64,000 nucleotides of DNA from Chiloscyllium plagiosum (taxonomy: Eukaryota), in NCBI RefSeq assembly GCF_004010195.1, contig NC_057733.1, positions 48,181,877-48,245,876 on the forward strand, read 5' to 3'. Positions 13,138 to 26,133 of this stretch are shown here, one piece after another. Each line of letters opens with the position of its first letter. Positions within the stretch are counted from its first letter, which is position 1. Under the pieces are notes generated by a model. It saw nothing but the letters and a program-made list of their open reading frames with translations, did no database searches and had not been told where the DNA came from. The position numbers and the translations under genes were made by a program.

Positions 13138-13289
13138 TGTGAAAAGCTTCAACAAAATGTGTTTTTCTTAAGGATTACTTGAGTTCTACACTATCAAACA
13201 ACTGTTCATAGTGAAAAGAAGTGAACTCCAGAGGCAAGCTGCATGTGACTGCCCTGGACGTGAAGACAGTATTTAAACTAGTGCAGCAT

Positions 13290-14405
13290 CGCAGAGCCCT
13301 AGCCAAATTGACATAAGTAGGAATCAGAGGAAAACTCTCTAATGGTCATGCCTAGCACAGAGAAAGATGGTTGTAATTGTTGGAGGTCAATCATCTCTGC
13401 AGAAGTTCATCAGGATAATGTACAGGTCAATTATCATCAACTGCTTCAATGACCTTCTATCAAAGTCTGAAATAGGGATTTTTGTTGATAATTGACATTG
13501 CCCATTATGTAATCAAGATTCCTCAGATTCTGAAATAGATTGTATTCATGTGCAGCAACACCTGGACAACATTCAGGACTGGACTGCTAAGTGGCAGATT
13601 GGTAATTAAATAAGTGCCAGAAAATGTGAACCTCCACAAAAGAACAAAAAGCTCACCTTGACTTTCAATGGCATTATCATTGCTATTATCCACCATTAAC
13701 CTCCTGGGAACCACCATTTTTCAGAAACTTAACCAGATCAGCCATACAAATAGTATGGCTATAAAAACAGATCAAAAGTTGGAAACTCTGGTGCAAGTAA
13801 CTCATTGTAACTCTAAAGTCAGTCCACGATCCACAAGACTCAAAGAGGAATAATTTTCTCTTACCTGGATGCGTGCAGTTCCAATAATACTTAAGAAACA
13901 GCTTTTTCAGGTAAACAGCTTTTTCGATCAGTAGACTATGTTCACTCCCTCCAACACCAATGCAAAATGCCAGCAGTGTGTACCATATACATTCAGCAAG
14001 CTTGACACCATCCAGGACAAAGCAGCCTGCTTGACTGGGATCACATTCATCATTAACATTCATTCCCTTCACAACCAATGCATAAATGGCAGTAGTATGT
14101 ACTGTCTACAAGATGCACTGCAGCAATTTGCCCAAACCTTGTTTGACAGCACCTTCTAAACTTGCAAGTACAACAACTTTTAAGCAGGCATATGGGAACA
14201 TCTCCATCTGCAACTAACCTTCAAGCCACACGTCATTCTAACTATATCACTGTTCCTTTTGTGTCACTGAATCAAATTCTGGCACAGCTTACTAGTAACA
14301 CTGGGCACTTATCTGCACTAGATGCACTTCATTGGCTCAAGATGGCTTGCAGCAATTAAGGATTGACACACTTGTCAGCCATGCCAGTGCCCCACGAAAA
14401 ATAAA
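13290..14405 (+). mobile_element. Old degenerate CR1-like LINE fragment
   Basis: Same family as 8120-9600 (KLDTIQDKAACL motif and shared 3' UTR). Confidence 0.65.
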
Positions 14406-15395
14406 AGGTGAGTTTACTTCAAACAGTTGGGGTTTGAAGTTTTTTTTTCCTTTTCCCTTATTTGTACGCATTGAAATGATTTCCTATATTCTTTCTCTGC
14501 TCTTCGGAGGTGTCAAGTCTTTCCTACAACTTTCAGAGCTTTGGAAATCAATGTTATGTGATTATCAACACAAACAGCAAAACTGACGTCAATTTCTTGA
14601 ACATACATTTGTGAACATACATTTTAAATAGCAAAATACCCAACTGATGCAACCAAGAGATAAATAGCTCAGTAGTGCCATCATCTGGTACAAGTATGTT
14701 TTGTGTTTCATTATTTTCCACTATTTTTCCTTCAATTTAACTACACATACAAAAGCTGTTCTATATACATCAGTCTCACTCTCAAAACTGAAGAACAAGT
14801 AGACTGACATTTTTTTTTTACTGAAGCAGTTTATTCAACACATGAAAACTGATTTTTGCAAACATACACACAATTAAAAATGAAATTTAGCAGATGGGTT
14901 TTGTTACCTTCAATCTGTACATGGGGAGAGTTACTTAAAGCAAATTTAATGAGATAGCAAATTACCCTTGTATTCACTCATTCTTAATATGTGCCAAAGC
15001 AGCTTACTGAGAAATCCAAATCGGGTAATTGGTATTTATAAATATATGACATACAATATTCTTCCCTCAGAAGGCACTTACTTGTATCGACCAAAGGAAG
15101 GTATACACTATAATAGCTGTGTGCCATTAATCTTAACTCCAAAAAAGGTTGATATTGATTAAGATTAAACAGTACAGCTTACAAGCACAAAACACGAGTA
15201 AGTCTGCTTTCCCAGCTGGTCAAATCTTTTTTAAAATTGACTTGCAATGTTAGCAAACTGATGTTAAAGAATTTCAACTTCAAGTAACACCATTGTTTTA
15301 TTTTATTCTTCACAAGTGTCACTGGCTTGGCCAGCATTTATTGCCAATCCCTAAATGACCTTGAAGTGGTGATGAGCAACTTCCTTGAATCTTTA

Positions 15396-18300
15396 CAGAC
15401 TGGAGGCCTGTGACCAGTGGAGTACCACAAGGATCGGTGTGGGGTTCACTGCTTTTTGTCATTTATACAAATTATTTACAATGTGACCATAGGAGGAATA
15501 GTTAGTAAGTTTGCAGATGACACCAAAATTGGAGGCGTAATGGACAGTAAAGAAAGCTACCTCGGAGTACAACAGGATCTTGATCAGATGTGCCAATGGG
15601 CTGAGGAGTGGCGGGGGAGTTTACTTTAGATAAATGTGAGGTACTGCATTTTGGAAATCAGAGCAGGACTTAGACACTTCATGGTAAGATCCTGGGGACT
15701 GTTGCTGAACAAAGAGACCTTGGAGTGCAGGTCCATAGTTCCTTGAAAGCAGAGTCATAGCTAGATAGGATCGTGAAGGCAATGTTAGAGCATAGAGTAG
15801 AGGAGTTGGCAGGTCACGTTGCAGCTGTACAGTACATTGACCAAGCCACTTTTGGAATACTGCATGCAATTCTGGTCTACCTCCTATAGGAAGGATGTTG
15901 TGAAACTTGAGGGTTTGAACTTTGAGGGGCTGAATAGAGTGGGGCTGTTTTCTCTGGATCTTTGGAGGCTGTGGGGTGACCTTACAGAGTTTAGGTTGTA
16001 AGTTTGCTTGCTGAGTGGTGGATTTGTTGTCAGATGTTTCATCACCACACTAAGTAACATCATCAGTGAGCCTCTGGTGAAGCACTGGTGTTATGTCCCA
16101 CTTTCTATTTGTGTCTTGGTTTCTTAAGGTGGGTGATATCATTTCCAGTTCTCTTTCCTCAGGAGGACGGTAGATGGGGTCCAAATCATATTGGTGGAGT
16201 TCCAGTTAGAATGCCAGGCCTCTAGGAATTCCGGTCAGTGTCTCCCGACAGTTTAGCTTGTCCTACAATGGACATGTTGTCCCAGTCAAAGTGGTGTCCC
16301 TCTTTGTCTGGGTGTATGGATACGAGTGATAGTTGGTCATGTCTTTTGGTGGCTAGTTGGCGTTCATGTATCCTAGTGGCTAATTTTCTGTTTGTCCGAT
16401 GTAGTGTTTGTTACAGTCCTTGCATGATATTTTGTAAATGACGTTTGTTTTGTTGGCATGATTGCTTCTGTAGTCAAGTATTTGGTTATTTGTATAGGGT
16501 CCTTTTGGTTCATCAGCCACTATTTAAGTGTGTTGCTAGGTTTGTGGGCTACAATAAAGCCAATCGACAGAACACCCAAGGGATCACCAATATCAGGGTT
16601 CCTATCAGAGGCAATAATAAGAGACTCAAACAAACAGCCCTCCCAAATATCCGACCCAAACTCTTGGTCCGCTACCTGGATGATACCTTCGATTACAAAA
16701 CGGAATAAATTAGAGGAAACCTACAACACCATCAACAATATCCTTACTGGCATTAAATTCACAAAAGCGGAGGACAGCGATAACAGACTCCCATTCCTAG
16801 ATGGGACAGTAGAACGAACAGTTAAAGGAGAACTTCAAACCAGCATCTACAGAAAAACACACAAAACCAAATACTTGACTACAGAAGCAATCATGCCAAC
16901 ACCCACAAACGGAGCTGCATCAGGACATTATTTCAATGAGCCACAACACACTGCAGCACCCAGGAACTACGAACAGACGAACAAAAATACCTGTACAGCA
17001 TATTCAGGAAGAACGGACACCCAAAAAAACAGAGCACTGATTTCACAACAACAAACCCAAACAAGCAAACACAACGCACCCAGAAACTCTAGCCACATTA
17101 CCTTACAAAAGCATCTCTGAAATGACTTCCAGACCACTCTGACCCCTTGGCATCATGGTAGCCCACCAACATACTTAAATAGTGGCTAATTAACCTAAAG
17201 GACCCTATACAAACAACCAGCAAAACAAACATCATTTACAAAATACCATGTATAGACTGTAACAAACACTACAATCAGACAAACAGGCAGAAAACTAGCC
17301 ACAAGGATATATGAACACTAACTAGCAACCAAAAGACATGACCCACTATCATTCGTACCCTTACATACAAACGAGGAAGAACACCACTTTAACTGGGACA
17401 ACACATCCATCGTGGGACAACCTAAATAGCAACACAGCTGAGAATTCTTAAAGGCCTGACATTCTAACCAGAACACCAATAAACACATCGATTTGGACCC
17501 TATCATGCTCCGAGGAAAAGAACCGGAAATAATATCACTCACCTTAAGAAACCAAGACACAAATAGAAAGTGGAACATAACACCAGCGCTTCACTGAAGA
17601 CTCACTGATGATGTTACCTAGTGTGGTGACAAAGCGTCTGAAAACAAACCTTCCAGCTCAGCAAGCAAGCTTACAACCTGAACCAAAAGACATGACTAAC
17701 TATCACTAGTACCCATACACACAGATGAAGAGGGACACCAGTCCGACTGGGACAATACATCCATCCTGGGAACAGGCTAAACAAAGACATGCACAGGAAG
17801 TTGTAGAGGCCTGGCATTCAAACCAGATCTCCATCAATAAACATATCAACCTGGAGACCATTTACCAACCTCTCAGAAAAAAACAGAAGTGATGTCACCC
17901 ACCACAACAGACCCAAGACACATAAACAACAAAATGGGACAGAACACCAGAGCTTCATTGGAGGCTCACTGATACCTGACATTTCATCACCATACCAGAG
18001 AAATCTACCAGCTCAGTGAGCAAACTTAGAACCTGAGCTACAAATCTTCTCTAAAATTGCTTCTAGAAGTTTATAAGATCCTGAGGGGCATGGATAGGGT
18101 AAATAGACAAGCTTTTTTCCCTGGGATGGGAAGTAGGGGGCGTAGGTTTAGCATGAGAGGGGAAAAATTTTAAAAGGGACATAAGTGGGAACAGTTTCAC
18201 GCAATGGGTGGTGCATGTATGGAATGAGCAGTCAGAGGAAGTGGTGGAGGCTGGTACAATTACAACATTTAAAAGGCACCTGGATGTGTTTAAGAGGCAT

Positions 18301-18410
18301 ATGGGCCAAATGCTGGCAAATGGGACAAGATTAATTTAGGACATCTGATCGCATGGACGAGTCAGACCAAAGGGTCTGTTTCCACCCTGTACATCTCAAT
18401 GAGCCTATGA
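15396..18410 (+). mobile_element. CR1/HER1-like LINE 3' fragment (15396-15990 and 18066-18410), split by a Penelope-like element
   Basis: SKFADDTKIGG and LEYCMQFWS on the left. It resumes at GAAGTTTATAAGATC at about 18066 and ends with the CR1 3' UTR. Confidence 0.85.
15991..18060 (+). mobile_element. Penelope-like element (Poseidon-like) with inverted 5' segment and partial tandem 3' repeat
   Basis: RT motifs GSPISGFLSEA, VRYLDDTF and LPFLD, then a GIY-YIG region from about 17220. Segment 15991-16560 is an inverted copy of the 3' end, and 17680-18060 repeats the 3' end. Hammerhead-like cores at 16037-16066 (minus) and 17605-17640. Confidence 0.9.
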
Positions 18411-20272
18411 CACTTGAATCCATGTGGTGGAGGTATGCTCGAAATTCTTTTAGGATAAGAGCTCTGGGATTTTGACTCAGCAAGTGAAGAAAAGGCTATA
18501 CAATCCAGGTCAGTATGGTGTGGGATTTGGAGAGGAACGTGCAGGCAGTAATGTTCCCATGCATTGGCTGGCTTCGTCCTTCTATGTTCTAGAGGTCATA
18601 GAGTTGGAAGAGTTGGATGAATTGAAAGAACGTTGGCGAAATGCTGCAGTGCATCCTCTAGTTTGTACACATGCTGCTGCTTTCCTTCGATGGTGGAGGA
18701 AATGATTGTTTTAAATTGGTGAATGTGATGCCAAACAAGCACACTGTTTTGCTGTCAAATCTCTGGAGTGTTGTTAGAGTTGCATCCATCTAGGCAAGTG
18801 AAGAGTGTTGCATCACATTTCTCACATGGTCAGAGATGCAGCTCAAGGATCGGGCTCATCAGCCACGCAAGGACCTATAAAACCCATGGCCAGTGGCAGA
18901 ATCACTCATTAGCGAGTGATTCCACATGTCTTGTAGATGAACAGGTTTTGGAGTATCAGGAAGAGAGCGATCAGCCGCAGAATTTTCAGCTTTGTATCTT
19001 CTCTTGCAGCCACACTATTTATACAGCTGGTCCAGTTCAGTTTCTGGTCAAACAGGAGTTCTCAGGATGTCAGCTGTGGGGGATTCAGCAATATGAAACT
19101 TTCTTGAATGCCAAGGGGAGACAGTTAAGATTCTGTTTTTAGAGATGGCAGTTTCCTGGCATTTGTAAGGTGCAAATGTTACTTGTCACTTTTTGGCCCA
19201 AGCTGTCCATGCAGGGACAAAGTTAAGACACAGATACCTCCTTCAGTGTAATCCAGTCTACCATAGGGAGCCAATTACAAATCAATCATTCTTTCCACGT
19301 ATTACTTTGAATCACCTTTTACTTCAAATACTATAAAAGGTGACAAACTAGATAACCTTCCTTGAGGATGCTTCAGGTACTTCTGATCATTGTAACTAGT
19401 CATTAGCATTCAGGCCACCATGTCTGTGCTGGAATTATAAACTAGCTGCCAATTCTAATGAAACTTTCCAGTTTTTTTTTTTGGCCTAGCAGGTTACAGC
19501 ATTTCAGGTGCAGATCCAGGTACCACTTAAATGAGTTGAACTGGGCAGCAAATTTTAGCTGTCCAGTAGCCATTGGGTGGAAAGCTAGAATTTCTACATT
19601 ATAGTTCTTCATAGTATAAATTAGGAAAATTTGAAAAATGTTAAAAGATAGACATTACAATCCTTCTATAGTATGCAGTCACTCCACACAGGGAGCTTTC
19701 CACAAAAGGTTATTGCTCTCCCTTGCAGTGGGCCAACCCCAACTGGATTCACAGGCTGCTGACAGCCATCTGTGACAGACTGACCACAACAGACCCAGTC
19801 CACCAATCGCCCCACTCCAGGCCTCCAGCCCACTTACTGCCAGCTGCCTAACACTGGGCCCCCAGTCCCTCTTTTCCACTCTGGTCCCACCCCACTATCA
19901 ACATTCTGGGGGTTAGCATTGACCAGAAGCTAAACTGGACTTACCCGTAAACAATGGCTGTAACAGCAGGTCACAGGCTAGGATTACTGTGGTAAATAAC
20001 TCACCTCCTGACTGCTCAAAGCCCATCACCTACAAGGCACAAGTCAGGAGTGTGATTGAATACTCCCACTTGCCTGGATGAGTTTGTCTCCGACAACTCT
20101 CAAGCAGCTCGAGACCATCCAGGACAAATCAGCCCGCTTGATTGGCACTACATCCACAAGCATTCACTCCCTCCACCACCGAATCTCAGTAGCAGCAGTG
20201 TGTACCATCTACAAGATGCACTGCAGAAATTCACGAAATATCTTTAGATAGTTCCTTCCAAACCCATGTCCT

Positions 20273-20628
20273 GCAAGGTTTGTAGCTCAGGTTGAGGTTT
20301 AGGGTGTAGGTTTGCTCGCTGAGCTGTAGGTTTGATATCCAGACGTTTCATTACTTAGCTATCAAACCTACAGCTCAGTGAGCAAACCTACACCCTAAAC
20401 CTCAACCTGAGCTACAAACCTTCACAAACCTTGCAAAAACCTATTGGTGCAACATGCTACAACTTGCCTGAAGATGGGAAAGGAATGCCATCCGAGAGGG
20501 TTCCACCCACGAACAACTGTACTTAACAGCTTCGCTTCACTTGGAGGTCGCCACTGATGATGTTACCTAGCCTGGTAATGAAACGCCTGGATATCAAACC
20601 TACAACTCAGGGAGCAAAGCTATACCCT
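20273..20628 (+). mobile_element. Non-autonomous Penelope-derived, hammerhead-containing element (retrozyme-like), 13-bp TSD
   Basis: TSD AAACCCATGTCCT at 20260-20272 and 20629-20641. TATCAAACCTACA(G/A)CTCAG is repeated at 20360 and 20592 (232-nt period). Hammerhead core at 20554-20587; ~63-bp inverted repeat at 20276-20338 and 20360-20422. Confidence 0.8.
20551..20590 (+). ncRNA. Minimal type I hammerhead ribozyme motif (Poseidon-type); cleavage triplet mutated to GCC in this copy
   Basis: CCA-CTGATGA-T-GTTACC(TAGCCT)GGTAAT-GAAA-CGCC-TGG, giving stem I CCA/TGG and a 6-bp stem II. The inverted partial copy at about 20334-20350 retains GAAACGTCTGG. Confidence 0.8.
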
Positions 20629-21029
20629 AAACCCATGTCCTCTCGATAGGAGTGGTAAAGCAGAGCAGATACATGAGAACACCATCACCTGCAAGTTCCC
20701 TCCAAGCACTTCACCATCCTGACTTGGAAATATATCACCATCATTCCTTACTGGGTTAACATCCAGAAATTCCCTCACTAATGGCATTGTGGGTCAATCC
20801 ACAGCAGGTGGACTGCAGTGGTTCAAGAAGGCAGCTCACCACCACCTTCTCAAGGGCAATTAGGGATAGGCAATAAATGCTGACCAGCTAGCAATGAATA
20901 AAAAAAAGGAGTTATGGGAAGAGAGGAAAGGTAAGCCATTTCTGACTCATTTTCATGCAAATTCCAGCACAAGTAGACTCCAGAGTTAAGCTCAACTCCT
21001 TTCGTAGCTGTCAGGATTTCGGGCCTAGC

Positions 21030-21141
21030 AGAAAGTGAGAACTGCAGATGCTGGAGATCAGAGTCGAGAGCGTAGTGCTATAAAAGCACAGGTCAGGCAG
21101 CATCCAAGGAGGAGAATCGACGTTTCAGGCACAAGCAGGAA
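21030..21141 (-). mobile_element. Short Penelope-like terminal cassette (hammerhead partly deleted)
   Basis: The plus strand reads GAAAGTGAGAACTGCAGATGCTGGAGATCAG...GAATCGACGTTTCAGGCACAAGCAGGAA; same family as 33126-33249. Confidence 0.8.
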
Positions 21142-23035
21142 TTAAGAGCCTAGCCTTTTCTTTGTCTTGTCCTGCTTAACCAAAAAAAGGGGTAAAATTG
21201 AGTTTATTAGCTAGCTGTGCTGTTTAAGACCTTTGAATGGTCATTATCATTAATTATTCAGTTATCAATTTGTAGGTTCAGAATTCTTTTGAACCCTGAA
21301 GTACATGTTTACTGCTGTGGCAAACATTATCTTCCTGAAAGTTGCTCACTGGCTCCGAGTGAGAAAAATAGAAGTGTGCCCGCTTGTGCAAAAACATGGC
21401 CAATCTTGTTCTGAACTGCAGAAAATACAGGCTCAAACTCCTCAGAGGACAGTCCTGTCATCTTAGTCATTAGACTAGTTAACCTCCACCCCACTCTATC
21501 CATAGAAAGTATATCCTTCCTTAGTTAAGTGGACCAAAATTTCTCTCAATATTCCAGAGACAGGATAAATTGAGTGAATCCTCAGAAGAGTAGAAAGGCA
21601 GTAGGAGTATACTTAGGAGAGAAATCAGGAGGGCAAAAAGGAGACATGAGGTAGCTTTGGCAAACAGAGTTAAGGAGAATCCAAAGGGTTTTTTTGCAAA
21701 TACATTAAAGATAAAAGGGTAACTAGGGAGAGAATAGGGGCCCTCAAAGATCAGCAACACAGCCTTTGTGTGGAGCCGCAGGAAATGGGGCAGATACTAA
21801 ACGAGTATTTTGCATCAGTGTTTATTGTGGAAAAGGACATGGAAGATATAGTTTGTAGGGAAATAGATGGTGACATCTTGAAAAATGTCCATATTACAGA
21901 GGAGGAAGTGCTGGAGGTCTTGAAACGCACAGAAGTGGGTAAATCCCCAGGACCTGATCAGGTGCACCCGTGAACTCTGTGGGAAGCTAGAGAGGTGATT
22001 GCTGGGCATCTTACTGGGATATTTGTGATATCATCGATAGTCACAGGTGAGGTGCAGGAAGACTGAGATTGGCTAATGTGGTGCCACTGTTTCAGAAAGG
22101 ACAAGCCAGGGAATATAGACCAGTGAGCCTGACGTCGGTGGTGGGCAAGTTGTTGGAGGGAATCCTGAGGAACAGGATGTACATGTATTTGGAAAGGTAA
22201 GAATTGATTAGGGATAGTCAACATAGCTTTATGCGTGGGAAATCATGTCTCACAAACTTGAAGTAACAAAGAGATTTGATGAGTGCAGAGCGGTAGATGT
22301 GATCTCTCTGGACTTCAGTCAGGCGTTCAACAAGGTCCCCATGGGAGACTGATTAGCAAGGTTAGATCTCACGGAATACAGGGAGAACTCGCCATTTGAA
22401 TACAGAACTGGCACAAAGGTAGAAGACAGAAGATGGTGGTGGAGGGTTGATTTTCAGACTGGAGGCCTGCGACCAGTGGAGTGCCACAAGGATTGGTGCT
22501 GGGTCCACTACTTTTTGTTATTTATATAAATGATTTAGATAGGAGCATAAGAGATTTAGTTAATAAGTTTGCTGATGACACCAAAATTGGAGGTGTAGTG
22601 GACAGCGAAGATTACCTCCGATTACAACGGGATCTTGATCGGATGGGCCAATGGGCTAAGTAGCAGATGGAGTTTAATTTAGATAAATGTGAGGTCTTTG
22701 CAGGACTTATACACTTAATGGCAAGGTCGTAGGGAGTGTTGCTGAACAGAGACCTTGGAGTGCAGGTTCATAACTCCTTGAAAATGGAGTTGCAGGTAGA
22801 TAGGATAGTGAAGACGACGTTTGGTATACTTTCCTTTATTGGTCAGAATATTGAATACAGGAGTTGGGAGGTCATGTTGTGGCTGTACAGGACATTGGTT
22901 AGGCCACTGTTGGAATATTGCGTGCAATTCTAGTCTCCTTCCTATTGGAAAGATGTTGTGAAACTCGAAAGGGTTCAGAAAAGATTTACAATGTTGCTGC
23001 TAGGGTTGGAGCATTTGAGCTATAGGGAGAAGTTG

Positions 23036-24019
23036 GGATTTGGATTAGAATGGTGCTGGAAAAGCACAGCAGTTTAGGCAGCATCCGAGGAGCAGTAAAA
23101 TCGATGTTTCGGGCAAAAGCCCTTCAACAGGAATACAGGCAGAGAGCCTGAAGGGTGGAGAGATAAATGAGAGGAGGGTGGGGGTGGGGAGAAAGTAGCA
23201 TAGACTACAATAGGTGAGTGGGGGAGGGGATAAAGNNNNNNNNNNNNNNNNNNNNNNNNNNNNNNNNNNNNNNNNNNNNNNNNNNNNNNNNNNNNNNNNN
23301 NNNNNNNNNNNNNNNNNNNNNNNNNNNNNNNNNNNNNNNNNNNNNNNNNNNNNNNNNNNNNNNNNNNNNNNNNNNNNNNNNNNNNNNNNNNNNNNNNNNN
23401 NNNNNNNNNNNNNNNNNNNNNNNNNNNNNNNNNNNNNNNNNNNNNNNNNNNNNNNNNNNNNNNNNNNNNNNNNNNNNNNNNNNNNNNNNNNNNNNNNNNN
23501 NNNNNNNNNNNNNNNNNNNNNNNNNNNNNNNNNNNNNNNNNNNNNNNNNNNNNNNNNNNNNNNNNNNNNNNNNNNNNNNNNNNNNNNNNNNNNNNNNNNN
23601 NNNNNNNNNNNNNNNNNNNNNNNNNNNNNNNNNNNNNNNNNNNNNNNNNNNNNNNNNNNNNNNNNNNNNNNNNNNNNNNNNNNNNNNNNNNNNNNNNNNN
23701 NNNNNNNNNNNNNNNNNNNNNNNNNNNNNNNNNNNNNNNNNNNNNNNNNNNNNNNNNNNNNNNNNNNNNNNNNNNNNNNNNNNNNNNNNNNNNNNNNNNN
23801 NNNNNNNNNNNNAGTCTCTAAAGAAGGAGGCCATCTGGTGTATTCTGTGGTGGAAGTGGTCCTCCTGGAAGCAGATACGGCAGAGGTGGAGGAATTGGGA
23901 ATACGGGATGGTATTTTTGCAGGAGGTGGGGTGGGAGTAGGTGTAATCCAGGTAGCTGTGGGAGTCGGTGGATGTGTAAAAAAATGTCAGTGTCAAGTCG
24001 GTCATCATTAATGGAGATG
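23036..24019 (-). mobile_element. Penelope-like element (Neptune-like), largely in the gap, 13-bp TSD
   Basis: TSD TAGGGAGAAGTTG at 23023-23035 and 24020-24032. The minus-strand ORF reads TDSHSYLDYTYSHPTSCKNTIPYSQFLHLCRIC. Hammerhead-like terminus at 23101-23131. Confidence 0.85.
23236..23812. other. Assembly gap (N run)
   Basis: Run of N bases. Confidence 1.
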
Positions 24020-24588
24020 TAGGGAGAAGTTGAATAGGCTAGGGCTGTTTTCCCTGGAGCGTCAGTGGCTGAGGGGTGACCTTATAGAAGTTTATAAAAT
24101 CATGAGGGACTTGGATAGGATAAATATACAAAGCCTTTTCCCTTGGGTAGGGGAGTCCAGAACTAGAGGGCATAGGTTTAGGGTGAGAGGGGAAAGATAT
24201 AAAAGAGACCTAAGGGGCTTTGCTGAGCTGGAAGTTTGGAACTGGGGTGAACTTTTTCCACACAGAGGGTGGTACGTGTTTGGAATGAGCTGCCAGAGGA
24301 AGTGGTGGAGGCTGGTACAATTGCAACATTTAAAAGGCATCTGGATGGGTACATGAATAGGAAAGGTTTGGAGGCATATGGGCCAGGTGCTGGCTGGTGG
24401 GACTAGACTGGGTTGGGATATCTGGTTGGCATGGACGAGTTGGCCCGAAGAGTCTGTGTTTGTTCTGTACATCTCTATGACTCTATACCGTCTCACTAAA
24501 TCCTAAAGAATTGAAATAAGGTATGACATGGAATGAGAGAGGTTAAAAAAAAAAGTTCAGAATACAAAAAATAAAGTTGCTATTGTAC

Positions 24589-25108
24589 CTTTCAGGAGAT
24601 TAGGACGTAGTATAGTGCTCTCCTTCAATACATTATCTAGTAAAGCAACGATTTCTTCTTTCGTCACGTCTTTGTTGCCTGATGGAACTTGCAATGCTGG
24701 AGTCTCTATCAGCCTTAGGGATCTGTTATCTGAACTCTGGCAGTCCACTAATTTATGAGGTGTTGCCACTCCAAATACTTGCTCTCTAGACAATACCATT
24801 GAGTCCCACCATTCAGTAGCCAAGTTCTTGTTCAATTCCATTCCCAAATGTCCATAATTGTACCAACCATTGGTAAGAGCATCTTGTGTAATTATATCTC
24901 CAGTTATAAAATGCCTACTTTGGCAAAGTTCAATCACTGCTTCAGTAAATCCAGAAAGGTCAGTACATTTATTGTACTTTCTTGACAATAGGAAAAGGCC
25001 AAATATTTGCCAATGTTGTTGAAGCATCTGACTGGAGACCAGCTTTTTCTTTAGGAAAGACTGAAAAGGAAATTTCATAATCATTGATCCCATGATAGTG
25101 AGATTCAT
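24589..25108 (-). CDS. POLG2: POLG2 first coding exon (N-terminal presequence-like region and domain 1)
   Basis: Translation contains ELCQSRHF...YGHLGMELNKNLATEWWDSMVLSREQVF...LRPNLLKG, matching POLG2. Donor AAG|GTACAA at 24589/24588 (phase 1). The N-terminus lacks acidic residues. The start codon (25108 or 25093) is uncertain. Confidence 0.93.
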
Positions 25109-26133
25109 CTATCAGGATTCATAAGGGTAAAATTATTGGAATGATCTGAAGTCATCATCACAAAACATCTGCAAGAAAACAAAACATGTAAATATAAAGA
25201 AAAAGTATCCATAGCAAGAAATATGTTTTCACCTTTTCAAAACTTTTACTCAAGTTCAAAAATTTCAAAACTATAGGTTCATACACTTATTGTGATAATT
25301 AAATTGTTCAGATGAGTTCAGATTAAGGACTCATGAACTGTTAAGTATTTTGTAACCCATCTGTTAAGATCCCAATGATTATATTTACTGCAGTACACCA
25401 TTACTAAGGTTAATTACATTTGTACTTTGCATTGAATAAAGTAAACTCAACCTAAAGGACCTAGGATAGCTTGCGTGACAGGAAACATCCAGGGTTCCCA
25501 CCCAATCACTACATCAATCATGTTGGAAATTATCCATTTGGTTTTCATGTGAGGAAGAAATCAAGTGATTGTCATACATTTTCAAGCGATACGTAGCCTT
25601 TTCAACAAAGCACTTACAAAAGTGAAGTACAGCTACACATTAGGAACTCTGCTTTCTCCCCCACAGATGCTGAGTTTCACCAGCAATTTCTGCTTTCACT
25701 TCAGTATTTGCAGGATTCAGTGGGGAGCCTTGCATCCATTTATTTTGGCATCCGCAGACTATTTTAGAAAACACACGAGGAACAAAAACAGATTTTGGAT
25801 GAGGATTAAGAGGAGTCCCTCCTATCATCCTTTCTGCCATCAAACTTTTCCTTCTACCAGTTATCTTACTACCCACTCCCTGTTTACCACCCCTTCACGA
25901 CCAGTCCCTCTCCAACTCTATCTTCAGTCACTTCTTCATACCCTATCCACCCCAGAAACACACACACCCCCTCTCCTCTTCCACATCCCCATAGCTCCTC
26001 CTACCCAACTACATACCCTTTTCCGTCCATGCCTCCACTCCCACCCCACACATACCTCTAACCCAAAAGTTCGTACCTCCCTCCCCTCACCTCCAACCCT
26101 TCCCTATCACCTCCAGACCCCACCCACCTCCAT

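Larger units (their letters stand above)
19900..20895 (+). mobile_element. Old CR1-like LINE 3' fragment hosting the insertion at 20273-20628
   Basis: Same family and 3' UTR as 8120-9600; ends in AATGAATAAAAAAA. Confidence 0.75.
21555..24487 (+). mobile_element. CR1/HER1-like LINE (RT and 3' UTR), split by a Penelope-like insertion at 23036-24019
   Basis: ORF fragments ILNEYFASVF, PQGLVLGPLLF...FADD and RLGLFSLE...RGDLIEVYK; tail CTCTATGACTCTAT at about 24487. Confidence 0.9.

Noticed and set aside
23205-24011. Long ORFs of 240-267 aa
   Set aside because: They are artefacts of the N gap.
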